Origin: an uncultured Clostridia bacterium
GTDB lineage: Bacteria > Bacillota > Clostridia > Christensenellales > CAG-138
Assembly (NCBI GenBank): GCA_947168565.1
Contig: CAMVMM010000001.1
Coordinates: 3,939-67,938 of the forward strand
Length of the DNA stretch: 64,000 nt
Direction of reading: 5' to 3'
Notes under the pieces: model-generated
The model's database searches: none
What the model saw: only the letters and a program-made list of their open reading frames with translations
Told to the model about the DNA's origin: nothing
Shown: one piece after another, positions 49,957-56,469 of the stretch
How the letters are laid out: each line of letters opens with the position of its first letter
How positions within the stretch are numbered: the stretch's first letter is position 1
Made by a program: the position numbers and the translations under genes

Positions 49957-50592
49957 ATGCTGATGAATCCCGTATCGGTTCCCGCGAAGGGCAACCGCCG
50001 CATAAAGCTCAATATTTATCCCGGGCATTATGCAACGAGCCACGCCCATGTTGATAATTATATCAGCATGACCGAGGTGCGCACGAACGCCGCCATGGCC
50101 GCGGAGACCGCCGACGTGCTTGCAAAGCAGTTTCGATATACCCAGATAGACACCGTGATCTGCCTTGAATACACGCAGAATATCGGAGCCTTCCTTGCCA
50201 AGGAGCTCTCCTCCCCCGGCAGGGACATCAACTGCGGCGCTGAGATACACGTTATCACCCCGAGCATCAACTCAAACAACCAGCTTACCTTTTCAAACGA
50301 CCTTCAAAATTTTGTGACCAACTGCAACGTGCTGATCCTTATCTCCACCGCCTCAACCGGACGCAGCCTTGCAAGGGCCGCCGAATGCGTTACCTATTAC
50401 GGCGGTAGGATCGTTGGCATCGGCTCCATCTTCTCCGCGATAGACGAGCTTGGCGGCATCCCCGTGCACACCGTTTTCAAGCGCAGCGACCTTGGCAGCT
50501 ACAACTACTACGCAAGCGATAGCTGCCCGCTATGCAAGGCGGGAAGAAAGCTGGACGGCTTTATTACCACAAGCGGCTATACGAAGCTTTGA
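49957..50592 (+). CDS. Phosphoribosyltransferase-fold protein (PyrE-like, probably non-canonical)
   Basis: The ATG at 49957 follows GGAGG. It has a PyrE-like N-terminal segment (YPGHYATSHAHVDNYI). The PRPP-loop-like VLILISTASTGRS lacks the acidic pair. The C-terminus has CPLCK. Confidence 0.5.
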   Translation: MLMNPVSVPAKGNRRIKLNIYPGHYATSHAHVDNYISMTEVRTNAAMAAETADVLAKQFRYTQIDTVICLEYTQNIGAFLAKELSSPGRDINCGAEIHVITPSINSNNQLTFSNDLQNFVTNCNVLILISTASTGRSLARAAECVTYYGGRIVGIGSIFSAIDELGGIPVHTVFKRSDLGSYNYYASDSCPLCKAGRKLDGFITTSGYTKL

Positions 50593-50629
50593 TTCTGCGC
50601 CGCGTTCCGCGGATTCAATTCTATCACAG

Positions 50630-50675
50630 CAAAAAGCTCCCTTCTGCGCACCTGCAAAAGGGAGCTGCTTATTAT
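50630..50675. terminator. Bidirectional terminator between convergent genes
   Basis: AAAAAGCTCCCTT-(14 nt)-AAGGGAGCT, a 9-bp stem with A/T-rich flanks on both sides. Confidence 0.6.
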
Positions 50676-50681
50676 TTGGTT

Positions 50682-52772
50682 TTACTCAAGGCTCATCGCA
50701 ACTCGAAGTATCGCTATGGCGTCCGAAAGCGTTATTGAGCCGTCCGCGTTCATGTCGGCATAAATAAACTCCCAATCGGGCAGCTCCGAAAGCCCCATCG
50801 CGGCGCGAAGCGCAAGAATGGCGTCCGCAACCGTCACGCTGCCGCTGTGATCCACGTCCCCGCTGCCGCCGGCGCGGATTCGCACGTTATCTATAAGCAC
50901 TCTGCCCATTTTGCGCAGATCGTTTCCGTGGAAGCGCCATGAGAACTGATACACTCCACTCTCCTCGACCACGTGGCTGAAGCTCAGCCATTCGCCGATA
51001 TTGCCTCTGTTCGGGAAGGTTGAAAGGCGATCCCAGATCCCCTCAATGAACGCAAAGCCCGCCCGCGTTTCCTCATCCTCAAAATCAAGATAGTAGTCGA
51101 ATGAGATGGACTGACCCGCGTTGAGGTAAATATATTCCGTTTTGATCTGACCCTGGAAGAAGCGCTTGTTTTCGGTGTCCGATGCGGCGCAGTATCTGCC
51201 GTCAAGCGTTATCGGATAATAGGTATCGGGCCCAAAGGTGTAGAATCTGATATCTCCCGAGGATACGTTGAGCGCGGCTGAAAGCTCCTCGTCGAAGGGA
51301 GCTTCTATGGTAACGTTATCCAAATATGCCTGAAACAGAAAGTGATGCTGAGAGGCATTCCCGCATACGCTCTCCCATCTAAACCGGTATTCCCCCGCCT
51401 CCTCTGCAAGGAAAGTAAAATGGACCCAGCCGTCGGGTTGAGCGCCGCCGTTTGTTTGAACATATCTTTGATCGTTCACATAGAAATCCATGCCGTAGCC
51501 ATTGTCGTGGCTTCCTATCGTTCTGTAATCAAAGCTGAACGATTCGTTTCGATCGAGCTGAAGGGTGATGCCGAGCGAACCGCTCCCGCTTGAATAGTAT
51601 TGGGCGCCGCACATCGCGTATGCTTTTCCGAAAAGCTGCTCCGTGTAGAAGGGTCTTGTGCCGCTCGATTCAAAATGCAGCTCCCCGCCGGGCACGTTCA
51701 GCGCCTCGTCGATCGTTACCGTCTGAATCGCACCGGGCCTGTCAATACCTATCTCGTCGATAAACACGCAGGGCATCTGTGCGGACTCGGAAAAAACGCA
51801 TCTGAGAAACACCCATTCAAAGCTGTATTTTTTAGAAGCAGGCGCAGTGAAAGTGTAGGAATGCCACTGCTCATCGTTATCATAGGTGGAAGCCATGAAC
51901 AGGGCCTTGTCGTTTGCATAGAATCCGAATTTATGCGCGGTGGTCGCTCCGTGCGCCTTGTAATCAAAAGTCAGAGTTTGACCGGCTTCAAGATAAACGG
52001 GCAGGCTGCGCAGCACCGAGCAGCTGAAGTTTTCATAAAAGCTGTTTGACATAACGGCGGTTCGGCCGTCCTGCTGTTCAACGGTGAAATCGGTGTGTCC
52101 GAACGTTATGAACTCAAGGGAACCGCCGGGCACGTTGAGCGCCTCGCCAAGAGCGGGATCGGCCGGGGATGCAGCGTATTCGAAATTATCAAGGTGAAAG
52201 AAACCGTTTTCGCCAAGACGCACATTGAGCTCAAAGGAGTACTCCCCCGTACTCTCCGCTACGTATGCGGCCCTTGTCCACCCGTCCGCACGGATCTTTT
52301 CGTCGATCCAGCCCGAGGGTTGACCGTTCACGAGCAGCTCGGCGGCATCACCGATCCAATAATAATACTGGTTGAACTCGAAAAACAGCGCCGAATCCTG
52401 CGCCATACTGATCGTAAAGGTAAGCGTGGCGTAGCATGGCCCGTAAGCGCCCGCAGTAAGCCTGTCGCCAAAATCAACGGGCACGAAGGGGCCGTTACCG
52501 CCGGTGGTGAAATGGATGCTTCCGCCGGGCACGTTGAGCGCATCATCGAGGGTTTGATCAAGCGCTTCAGCTCCGCGCATAGGCTCCCGTCCATACGCGG
52601 GATAGGCTTCGGGCAGCTCGATCAAGCCTGCGTCCGCAGCCGCATCAAGCGACTCATCCGCGGGAGCGGCGGGCTCGGCAAGCACACCGAAAAGACCCGG
52701 AATCATTTGAAAACACAGTAAAAGAATAAGAAAAGATGAAATAAACAGGCGAGCTTTTGATCTCATGATCAA
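50682..52772 (-). CDS. Secreted protein with four tandem ~145-aa beta-sandwich-like modules and a C-terminal type-I dockerin
   Basis: It has a signal peptide. Each module opens with ALNVPGG(S/E)xxF (the fourth reads ALNVSSGDIRF). The C-terminal duplicated Ca-binding dockerin segments are GDVDHSGSVTVADAILALR and ADMNADGSITLSDAIAILR. Confidence 0.8.
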   Translation of the reverse strand: MIMRSKARLFISSFLILLLCFQMIPGLFGVLAEPAAPADESLDAAADAGLIELPEAYPAYGREPMRGAEALDQTLDDALNVPGGSIHFTTGGNGPFVPVDFGDRLTAGAYGPCYATLTFTISMAQDSALFFEFNQYYYWIGDAAELLVNGQPSGWIDEKIRADGWTRAAYVAESTGEYSFELNVRLGENGFFHLDNFEYAASPADPALGEALNVPGGSLEFITFGHTDFTVEQQDGRTAVMSNSFYENFSCSVLRSLPVYLEAGQTLTFDYKAHGATTAHKFGFYANDKALFMASTYDNDEQWHSYTFTAPASKKYSFEWVFLRCVFSESAQMPCVFIDEIGIDRPGAIQTVTIDEALNVPGGELHFESSGTRPFYTEQLFGKAYAMCGAQYYSSGSGSLGITLQLDRNESFSFDYRTIGSHDNGYGMDFYVNDQRYVQTNGGAQPDGWVHFTFLAEEAGEYRFRWESVCGNASQHHFLFQAYLDNVTIEAPFDEELSAALNVSSGDIRFYTFGPDTYYPITLDGRYCAASDTENKRFFQGQIKTEYIYLNAGQSISFDYYLDFEDEETRAGFAFIEGIWDRLSTFPNRGNIGEWLSFSHVVEESGVYQFSWRFHGNDLRKMGRVLIDNVRIRAGGSGDVDHSGSVTVADAILALRAAMGLSELPDWEFIYADMNADGSITLSDAIAILRVAMSLE

Positions 52773-52863
52773 TCTCCGTTCTCTTTATTTGATAAACAAT
52801 TAGAAAATGTCTATCTTGATGTGTATTATATCATATTATGTTTTTGAATTCAACATCAGATTA

Positions 52864-53024
52864 GGGCGTGTTCACACTATCCGAAAAGCGTTGGTTCCGA
52901 GATGCTTTTTCACCAGGCGAGGCGCGTTCCCGCAGTAATACAGGGCCGTATTTCAAGGGAACGCAACAAAGCATGGCGGAAAAGCAGCCGGAACCGGCCT
53001 TTGAGCGGTAGTGTGAACACGCCC
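52864..53024. mobile_element. 161-bp long imperfect palindrome with perfect 16-bp terminal inverted repeats (MITE-like element or structured RNA)
   Basis: GGGCGTGTTCACACTA (52864-52879) is the exact reverse complement of 53009-53024. Further internal arm pairing exists (GGTTCCG/CGGAACC, GCGTTCCC/GGGAACGC). It has no coding capacity. Confidence 0.5.
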
Positions 53025-53096
53025 AAGTATATCTATGAAGATTCGAATACCGTAAACGAGCCGATGCGAACGCGATGCCGAACATTCCTGTTTTGC

Positions 53097-53178
53097 GGCT
53101 TTGGATCCTTACTATTCCAAACAATCAAAAAACAGCCACCAAGGTGACTGTTTTTGATTGGCTGCCGAACAAGGATTC
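53097..53178. repeat. Direct repeat copy A: orphan tRNA-Gln 3' end (20 nt) plus its terminator and downstream flank
   Basis: It differs from 53282-53362 by 4 substitutions and 1 indel over 82 nt. It contains TGGCTGCCGAACAAGGATTC but no tRNA body. Confidence 0.8.
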
Positions 53179-53281
53179 CTTTTTCGCGCATCGAGTCTCG
53201 CCGCTCGCTCACACCGCTCGCGCTCGCTCTGCGCCGAAAAAGCCGGCCCTGCGAAAGGCTTCACAGGAGCCTTTCGCTGCG

Positions 53282-53362
53282 GGCTTCGAATCCTTACTAT
53301 TCCAAATAATCAAAAAACAGCCACAAAGGTGACTGTTTTGATTGGCTGCCGAACAAGGATTC
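53282..53362. repeat. Direct repeat copy B (overlaps the 3' end and terminator of the intact tRNA-Gln)
   Basis: See copy A. Positions 53343-53362 are the acceptor/T-arm 3' part of the intact tRNA-Gln. Confidence 0.8.
53311..53340 (-). terminator. Intrinsic terminator after tRNA-Gln
   Basis: On the minus strand: ACAGTCAC-CTTT-GTGGCTGT followed by TTTTTT. The T-G pair is a wobble only in the minus-strand RNA. Confidence 0.7.
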
Positions 53363-53416
53363 GAACCTTGAATGAACGAGTCAGAGTCGTTAGTGTTACC
53401 GTTACACCATTCGGCA
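53343..53416 (-). tRNA. tRNA-Gln (anticodon CUG), CCA encoded
   Basis: Hand-folded 74-nt cloverleaf. It has U1:A72, anticodon loop CTCTGAC and T loop TTCGAAT. Confidence 0.92.
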
Positions 53417-53422
53417 ATGTCC

Positions 53423-53610
53423 ATCCCGTCGTGCCGTCCGTCCCGATAATAATGCCCGTCCGAATCAGACAGGTGCGGGTGCAAAGCTAATGCTTTCGGT
53501 ACCCCGGAAAATAAGCGCCTCGAGAGGCGGGGGTGCCTTTCACGTTTCGACTCATGCCCCTAATTAATAAGTGAGGGTTTATGATCGGGCCGTAACGCAC
53601 ACCACAGGAT
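53423..53610 (-). ncRNA. Candidate structured RNA in the tRNA-Val/tRNA-Gln spacer (6S-RNA-like rod; identity unverified)
   Basis: The 5' AUCCUG pairs with the 3' CGGGAU, and the G-U pair exists only in the minus-strand reading. A 22-nt imperfect closing helix follows (17 of 22 paired: 53579-53600 with 53431-53452). There is an A/U-rich internal region and an apical GCCUC-UC-GAGGC hairpin (53517-53528). The length of ~188 nt fits 6S RNA. Confidence 0.4.
53452..53479. repeat. Intergenic motif copy 3 (ATGCCCGTCCGAATCAGACAGGTGCGGG), inside the spacer RNA candidate
   Basis: It shares ATGCC, GTCCGAATCA and CAGGTGCGGG with copy 2, in the same order and on the same strand. Confidence 0.55.
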
Positions 53611-53616
53611 AGATTA

Positions 53617-53693
53617 TGGTGGGGCTAGTTGGGATCGAACCAACGACCTCTACGATGTCAACGTAGCGCTCTAACCAGCTGGGCTATAACCCC
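53617..53693 (-). tRNA. tRNA-Val (anticodon GAC), CCA encoded
   Basis: Hand-folded 77-nt cloverleaf with anticodon loop TTGACAT and T loop TTCGATC. Confidence 0.95.
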
Positions 53694-53705
53694 TTGCCTT
53701 AGACT

Positions 53706-53733
53706 ATTATACACAAAATTTTTATTTTTGCAA
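53706..53733 (-). promoter_or_regulatory. Promoter TTGCAA-16-TATAAT of the tRNA-Val / spacer / tRNA-Gln unit
   Basis: The -10 at 53706-53711 lies 12 nt upstream of the tRNA-Val 5' end. Confidence 0.6.
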
Positions 53734-53849
53734 CCCCTTTTGGTAATTTTTTTTTGAAAAATATTGTGGTATAATAGACGGGCGGTTTTGCCAAGCCCCG
53801 ATTTTTCGTTTAATTTAAAGGCAAAATCAGTTATTTGGCGAGGTGTGTT

Positions 53850-54458
53850 ATGGCTTTTTTTTCAACCGGTGAGGACAGGTCAAAGCTGTCCGTTCTATAC
53901 ATTCTGCATCTTGCGGGCATTCCGCTCTCGCGCGAGCAGATAGCCACGGTCATGTTTGAGCAGGGCTTTGAAAACTATATCGAGCTTTCTCAGCAGTTTA
54001 TCGAGCTTGAAAACAGCGCCTGCATCGCCAGCATCCCCACGTACAGCATTCAAACCATAGTTTTGACCCGTCGCGGCGAGGAGATAATCAATCTTTTTGA
54101 AAAGAATCTGCCGAAATCGCTTCGGGATTCGATCCAAAGCTTCCTTTCCGCGCATTTGGACGGTTTTCGCCGCGAAAACACCGCGCAGATGGAATCCGAA
54201 TATCATTCCGAGGGGCGATTCACAACACGGCTTTCGCTCGTTGAAAACGGCGAGCCCTTCTTTGAAATAAAGATAAAGCTTCCCTCCGCAAGATATACGC
54301 GCATAGCCGAGCGCAGGTGGAACGAAATAAACAAGGATTTATATCTCAATACGCTCCTTGCGCTCACAAACGAAGAGGCCGATCCCTCCCCTGCCGAAGA
54401 AGGCGGCGAAGCTCAGGGCGGCGGCGAAGCGAATGGCGGCGGCGAAGCGAAGGCATAG
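53850..54458 (+). CDS. DUF4364-like putative transcriptional regulator (hypothetical)
   Basis: The ATG at 53850 follows GAGGTG. The N-terminal winged-helix-like segment (KLSVLYILHLAGIPLSREQI) resembles the clostridial DUF4364 family. The C-terminal tail has GGEAQGGGEANGGGEAKA repeats. Confidence 0.5.
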   Translation: MAFFSTGEDRSKLSVLYILHLAGIPLSREQIATVMFEQGFENYIELSQQFIELENSACIASIPTYSIQTIVLTRRGEEIINLFEKNLPKSLRDSIQSFLSAHLDGFRRENTAQMESEYHSEGRFTTRLSLVENGEPFFEIKIKLPSARYTRIAERRWNEINKDLYLNTLLALTNEEADPSPAEEGGEAQGGGEANGGGEAKA

Positions 54459-54498
54459 GGTTTGAAAATCAAAAAATTCATTGAAAAGAGGTCGATCC

Positions 54499-55410
54499 AT
54501 GAAAAAAACCGTTCGAAACACCGATCCCAAGGTTCCGTTCAATCCGTATGATCCGAATTTCAATTTAAAGGAGGATTCCATAACCTTTCTGCTTATCGTG
54601 GTCAGCACCTTTCTGCAAAGCCTTGTGATAAGCGCCTTCTACACGCCGAATCACTTCCTTTCCGGCGGCGTTACGGGTATAGCAATGCTTATTCAATACG
54701 TCACTGGCATACCCCGCTATATTCCGCTGCTGCTTTTGAACCTGCCGCTGGTGGTGATTGGGTTAAAATATGTGAACACCAAATTCATAGTTTTCAGCGC
54801 AACGGCAACGCTGCTCTATTCGCTGTTTTTCTCCATTCCCTTCGTTGCGGATTTCCGCATCGAGCTTGGCGAAAACTCGGAGATGCTTTCAGCGGTCGTG
54901 GGCGCCGCGCTGATGGGCATAATCGGCGTTCCCGTGGTCAAAAGAGGCGCAACGCTGGGCGGCATGGACGTGCTGAGCGTTATCCTCAGCAGAAGGTTTT
55001 CCATTCAGATAGGCACGCTTAATATAGCGTACAATCTCGTGATAATGACCGTGCTGGGCTTCTTCTTCGGCGTTCGTCCTGCGCTGTTCAGCATGCTTGC
55101 CACCTTCATTTCAAACACCGCCTTCAATTACGGCATGCAGGGCTTCAACCGCAATATGACCGTGTTCATAATAAGCGAAAAGTGGGACGAGATCGCGCCG
55201 CATGTGATGGCGGATATGAACAGGGGCGTCACCTTCCTGCACGGCGAGGGCGCATACACCGGAAAGCCCCGCGAGGTGGTGTACTGCATAGTTAAAACCA
55301 CGGAGCTTGCCAAGCTTAAATCCATAGTTCGCAAGCACGACACAAAGGCGCTTTTCTCCATTGTTGAAACCAAGGAGGTAGTGGGCCGTGGCTTCGCCGC
55401 AATGAACTGA
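54499..55410 (+). CDS. YitT family membrane protein (DUF2179 C-terminal domain)
   Basis: It has multi-TM repeats containing GGVTG and a soluble C-terminal DUF2179-like domain (GVTFLHGEGAYTGK...VVGRGF). Confidence 0.8.
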   Translation: MKKTVRNTDPKVPFNPYDPNFNLKEDSITFLLIVVSTFLQSLVISAFYTPNHFLSGGVTGIAMLIQYVTGIPRYIPLLLLNLPLVVIGLKYVNTKFIVFSATATLLYSLFFSIPFVADFRIELGENSEMLSAVVGAALMGIIGVPVVKRGATLGGMDVLSVILSRRFSIQIGTLNIAYNLVIMTVLGFFFGVRPALFSMLATFISNTAFNYGMQGFNRNMTVFIISEKWDEIAPHVMADMNRGVTFLHGEGAYTGKPREVVYCIVKTTELAKLKSIVRKHDTKALFSIVETKEVVGRGFAAMN

Positions 55411-55483
55411 AACGGCTTCAATTCGATGATTCTACACACGAAAAAACTGCAGGGGCGCTCCCGCGGTTTTTTTATGAAAGCTC

Positions 55484-56260
55484 TTAGCCCACTACCCTGC
55501 CGACGATGCGAAGATCGGAATCCTCACTGAGCGGGATGGGCTTGTATTTGGGATTGAGGGACACGAGGGACACGCCGTTATCGGTGTTAAGCATCTTGCA
55601 GTAGGCCTCGCCATTGAGAATAAATATGCCTATATCGCCGCTCACAAGCTCCTGCTGCTGGCGCACATAGACTATTTGCCCATCCTCAAACATGGGCAGC
55701 ATGGAATCGCCGCTGATCTTCACGGCGAAATTGGCGGCGCTTGCGGCATAGCTGTCTGCGTCTATCATGGTGTAGCTTGAGCCGTCAAGAAACACGCCCG
55801 TGCCGGCGGAAGCGGGCAGATCGTACAGCGGGATCTGGCGAACGGGGAGAGCTTTATGCTCCCGAAGCGAAAAATGCGGGTTTTGCTCAAGCATTGAAAT
55901 GTATTCCCCCGCGCGCTCCCTGCCGAGCTTATTGAGGGCCGCGAGCGGATCGACGGCGCTTTTGATGCCGCGAAACGTGTGCAGCACGTCCGAAATGCCG
56001 AGGATATTGCAGATGCTTATGAACTGCTGCGCGTCCGGCAGGCTGGAGCCCGTTTCCCATTTGCTGACGGCGCGGTCGGTTATCGGCTCCCTGCCGAAAA
56101 GGCGCTCCCCCTCCCTGCTGATTTTTTCCGCCATCTCCTTTTGGGTGATGCGCTTTTGCTTGCGAAGCTCCGCAAGCTTTTCTCCGAATTTGGCGTTCTG
56201 CTGCCCTTCGGAAATGCCCTTGCTGCGTTTGCCGCTTTTTTTCTTTATTTCGGTTATCAT
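55484..56260 (-). CDS. XRE-family HTH repressor fused to an S24 (LexA/CI-type) self-cleaving peptidase domain
   Basis: HTH (LAELRKQKRITQKEMAEKI), a candidate Ala-Gly cleavage site (PASAGTG), catalytic Ser (ISGDSMLP) and Lys (AYCKML). Confidence 0.85.
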   Translation of the reverse strand: MITEIKKKSGKRSKGISEGQQNAKFGEKLAELRKQKRITQKEMAEKISREGERLFGREPITDRAVSKWETGSSLPDAQQFISICNILGISDVLHTFRGIKSAVDPLAALNKLGRERAGEYISMLEQNPHFSLREHKALPVRQIPLYDLPASAGTGVFLDGSSYTMIDADSYAASAANFAVKISGDSMLPMFEDGQIVYVRQQQELVSGDIGIFILNGEAYCKMLNTDNGVSLVSLNPKYKPIPLSEDSDLRIVGRVVG

Positions 56261-56311
56261 TTTAGCCTCCGTATTGACTGAATGCAGCCAAGTTATTCTC
56301 TTTACGCTTCA

Positions 56312-56340
56312 ATTATAATACACCTTTCGGAGAATTGCAA
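56312..56340 (-). promoter_or_regulatory. Promoter TTGCAA-17-TATAAT of the XRE-S24 repressor gene
   Basis: The -35 at 56335-56340 is overlapped by the left arm of the GGAGAATT/AATTCTCC inverted repeat. Confidence 0.5.
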
Positions 56341-56363
56341 GCATTTTCCAAAAATAATTCTCC
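56329..56363. promoter_or_regulatory. Candidate operator: perfect 8-bp inverted repeat GGAGAATT-N19-AATTCTCC
   Basis: The arms are at 56329-56336 and 56356-56363. Related GAGAAT(A/T)A half-sites occur at 56291-56300, 56371-56379 and 56430-56443. Confidence 0.45.
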
Positions 56364-56381
56364 CTATATTAGAATTCGCTA

Positions 56382-56410
56382 TTTACATCCACCGTTAAGA
56401 GTGATATAAT
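56382..56410 (+). promoter_or_regulatory. Promoter TTTACA-17-(TG)ATATAAT of dinB
   Basis: The -35 is at 56382-56387 and the -10 at 56405-56410, with an upstream TG. Confidence 0.5.
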
Positions 56411-56469
56411 AAGGTTAAAGAACGAATAAGAGAATAATTCGAGATAAGCTGTATCCGGAGGGTGGAAAA

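Noticed and set aside
53097-53362. Possible CRISPR array, considered because of repeated ~82-bp units.
   Set aside because: There are only two copies. The repeat is far longer than CRISPR repeats and includes a tRNA 3' end and a terminator. The window has no cas genes.
53075-53490. ORFs 53075-53332(+), 53158-53490(+) and 53209-53484(-) in the repeat/tRNA patch.
   Set aside because: They run across the duplicated tRNA-Gln fragment, the intact tRNA-Gln and the terminator hairpins. They have no RBS, and the repeats explain the open frames.
53490-53515. T-box-like GGGGUACCG segment in the tRNA spacer (minus strand).
   Set aside because: There is no specifier loop, no AGAGA/GNUGGNA elements and no downstream aminoacyl-tRNA synthetase or amino-acid gene. 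A tRNA follows it rather than a CDS.
53520-53616. tmRNA-like 5' end on the plus strand (GGGGGUGCCUUUCACGUUUCGAC resembles GGGG...GGAUUCGAC).
   Set aside because: No tRNA-like 3' end, tag reading frame or ~350-nt body follows. The plus strand runs directly into the antisense of tRNA-Val. The resemblance is limited to about 20 nt.
52773-53834. Integrated prophage or genomic island at the tRNA-Val/tRNA-Gln locus.
   Set aside because: No integrase, transposase or phage gene occurs anywhere in the window. Flanking genes on both sides are ordinary chromosomal genes within 100-150 bp of the RNA patch. Only scars remain, and they are reported as findings.
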